A stretch of 26,892 nucleotides of DNA, from assembly GCA_041746575.1 (NCBI GenBank), contig JBGTGT010000110.1:1-26892 (forward strand), in the 5' to 3' direction. Below are positions 26,880 through 26,892 of this stretch, piece by piece. A program made the translations under genes and the position numbers. The notes below the pieces were generated by a model that saw only the letters and a program-made list of their open reading frames with translations, was not told the DNA's origin and searched no databases. Numbering within the stretch: the first letter of the stretch is position 1; every line of letters begins with the position of its first letter. The stretch comes from Microcystaceae cyanobacterium. Lineage in GTDB: Bacteria > Cyanobacteriota > Cyanobacteriia > Cyanobacteriales > Microcystaceae.

Positions 26880-26892
26880 TCAAGAATTTGTT

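Overview
Chromosomal window from a cyanobacterium, probably a unicellular Chroococcales-like one (ndhH, ccs1, glgP, TIGR04376-type gene, Uma2 gene, several HIP1 GCGATCGC octamers). The left 5 kb holds the end of an ISAs1-type element and an arsenic-resistance cluster (PTP-like phosphatase, orphan pstS-like lipoprotein, acr3, cyanobacterial arsC). Three genes of this cluster each carry their own promoter with paired ATCAA-N6-TTGAT ArsR-type operators. The middle is mostly housekeeping and membrane genes. The most unusual feature is a gene directly downstream of ccs1 that appears to encode a calmodulin-like four-EF-hand domain joined, across a single-base frameshift, to an Erv/ALR/QSOX-type sulfhydryl oxidase domain, both of which are eukaryote-type folds. 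Next to it is a frameshifted Rpn/DUF4351 gene whose internal antitoxin-like ORF is intact. The right end has a decayed VapC/PIN pseudogene missing from the ORF track, two small ORFs and a doubled G-rich hairpin module. All family calls come from motif recognition by eye; no searches were run.
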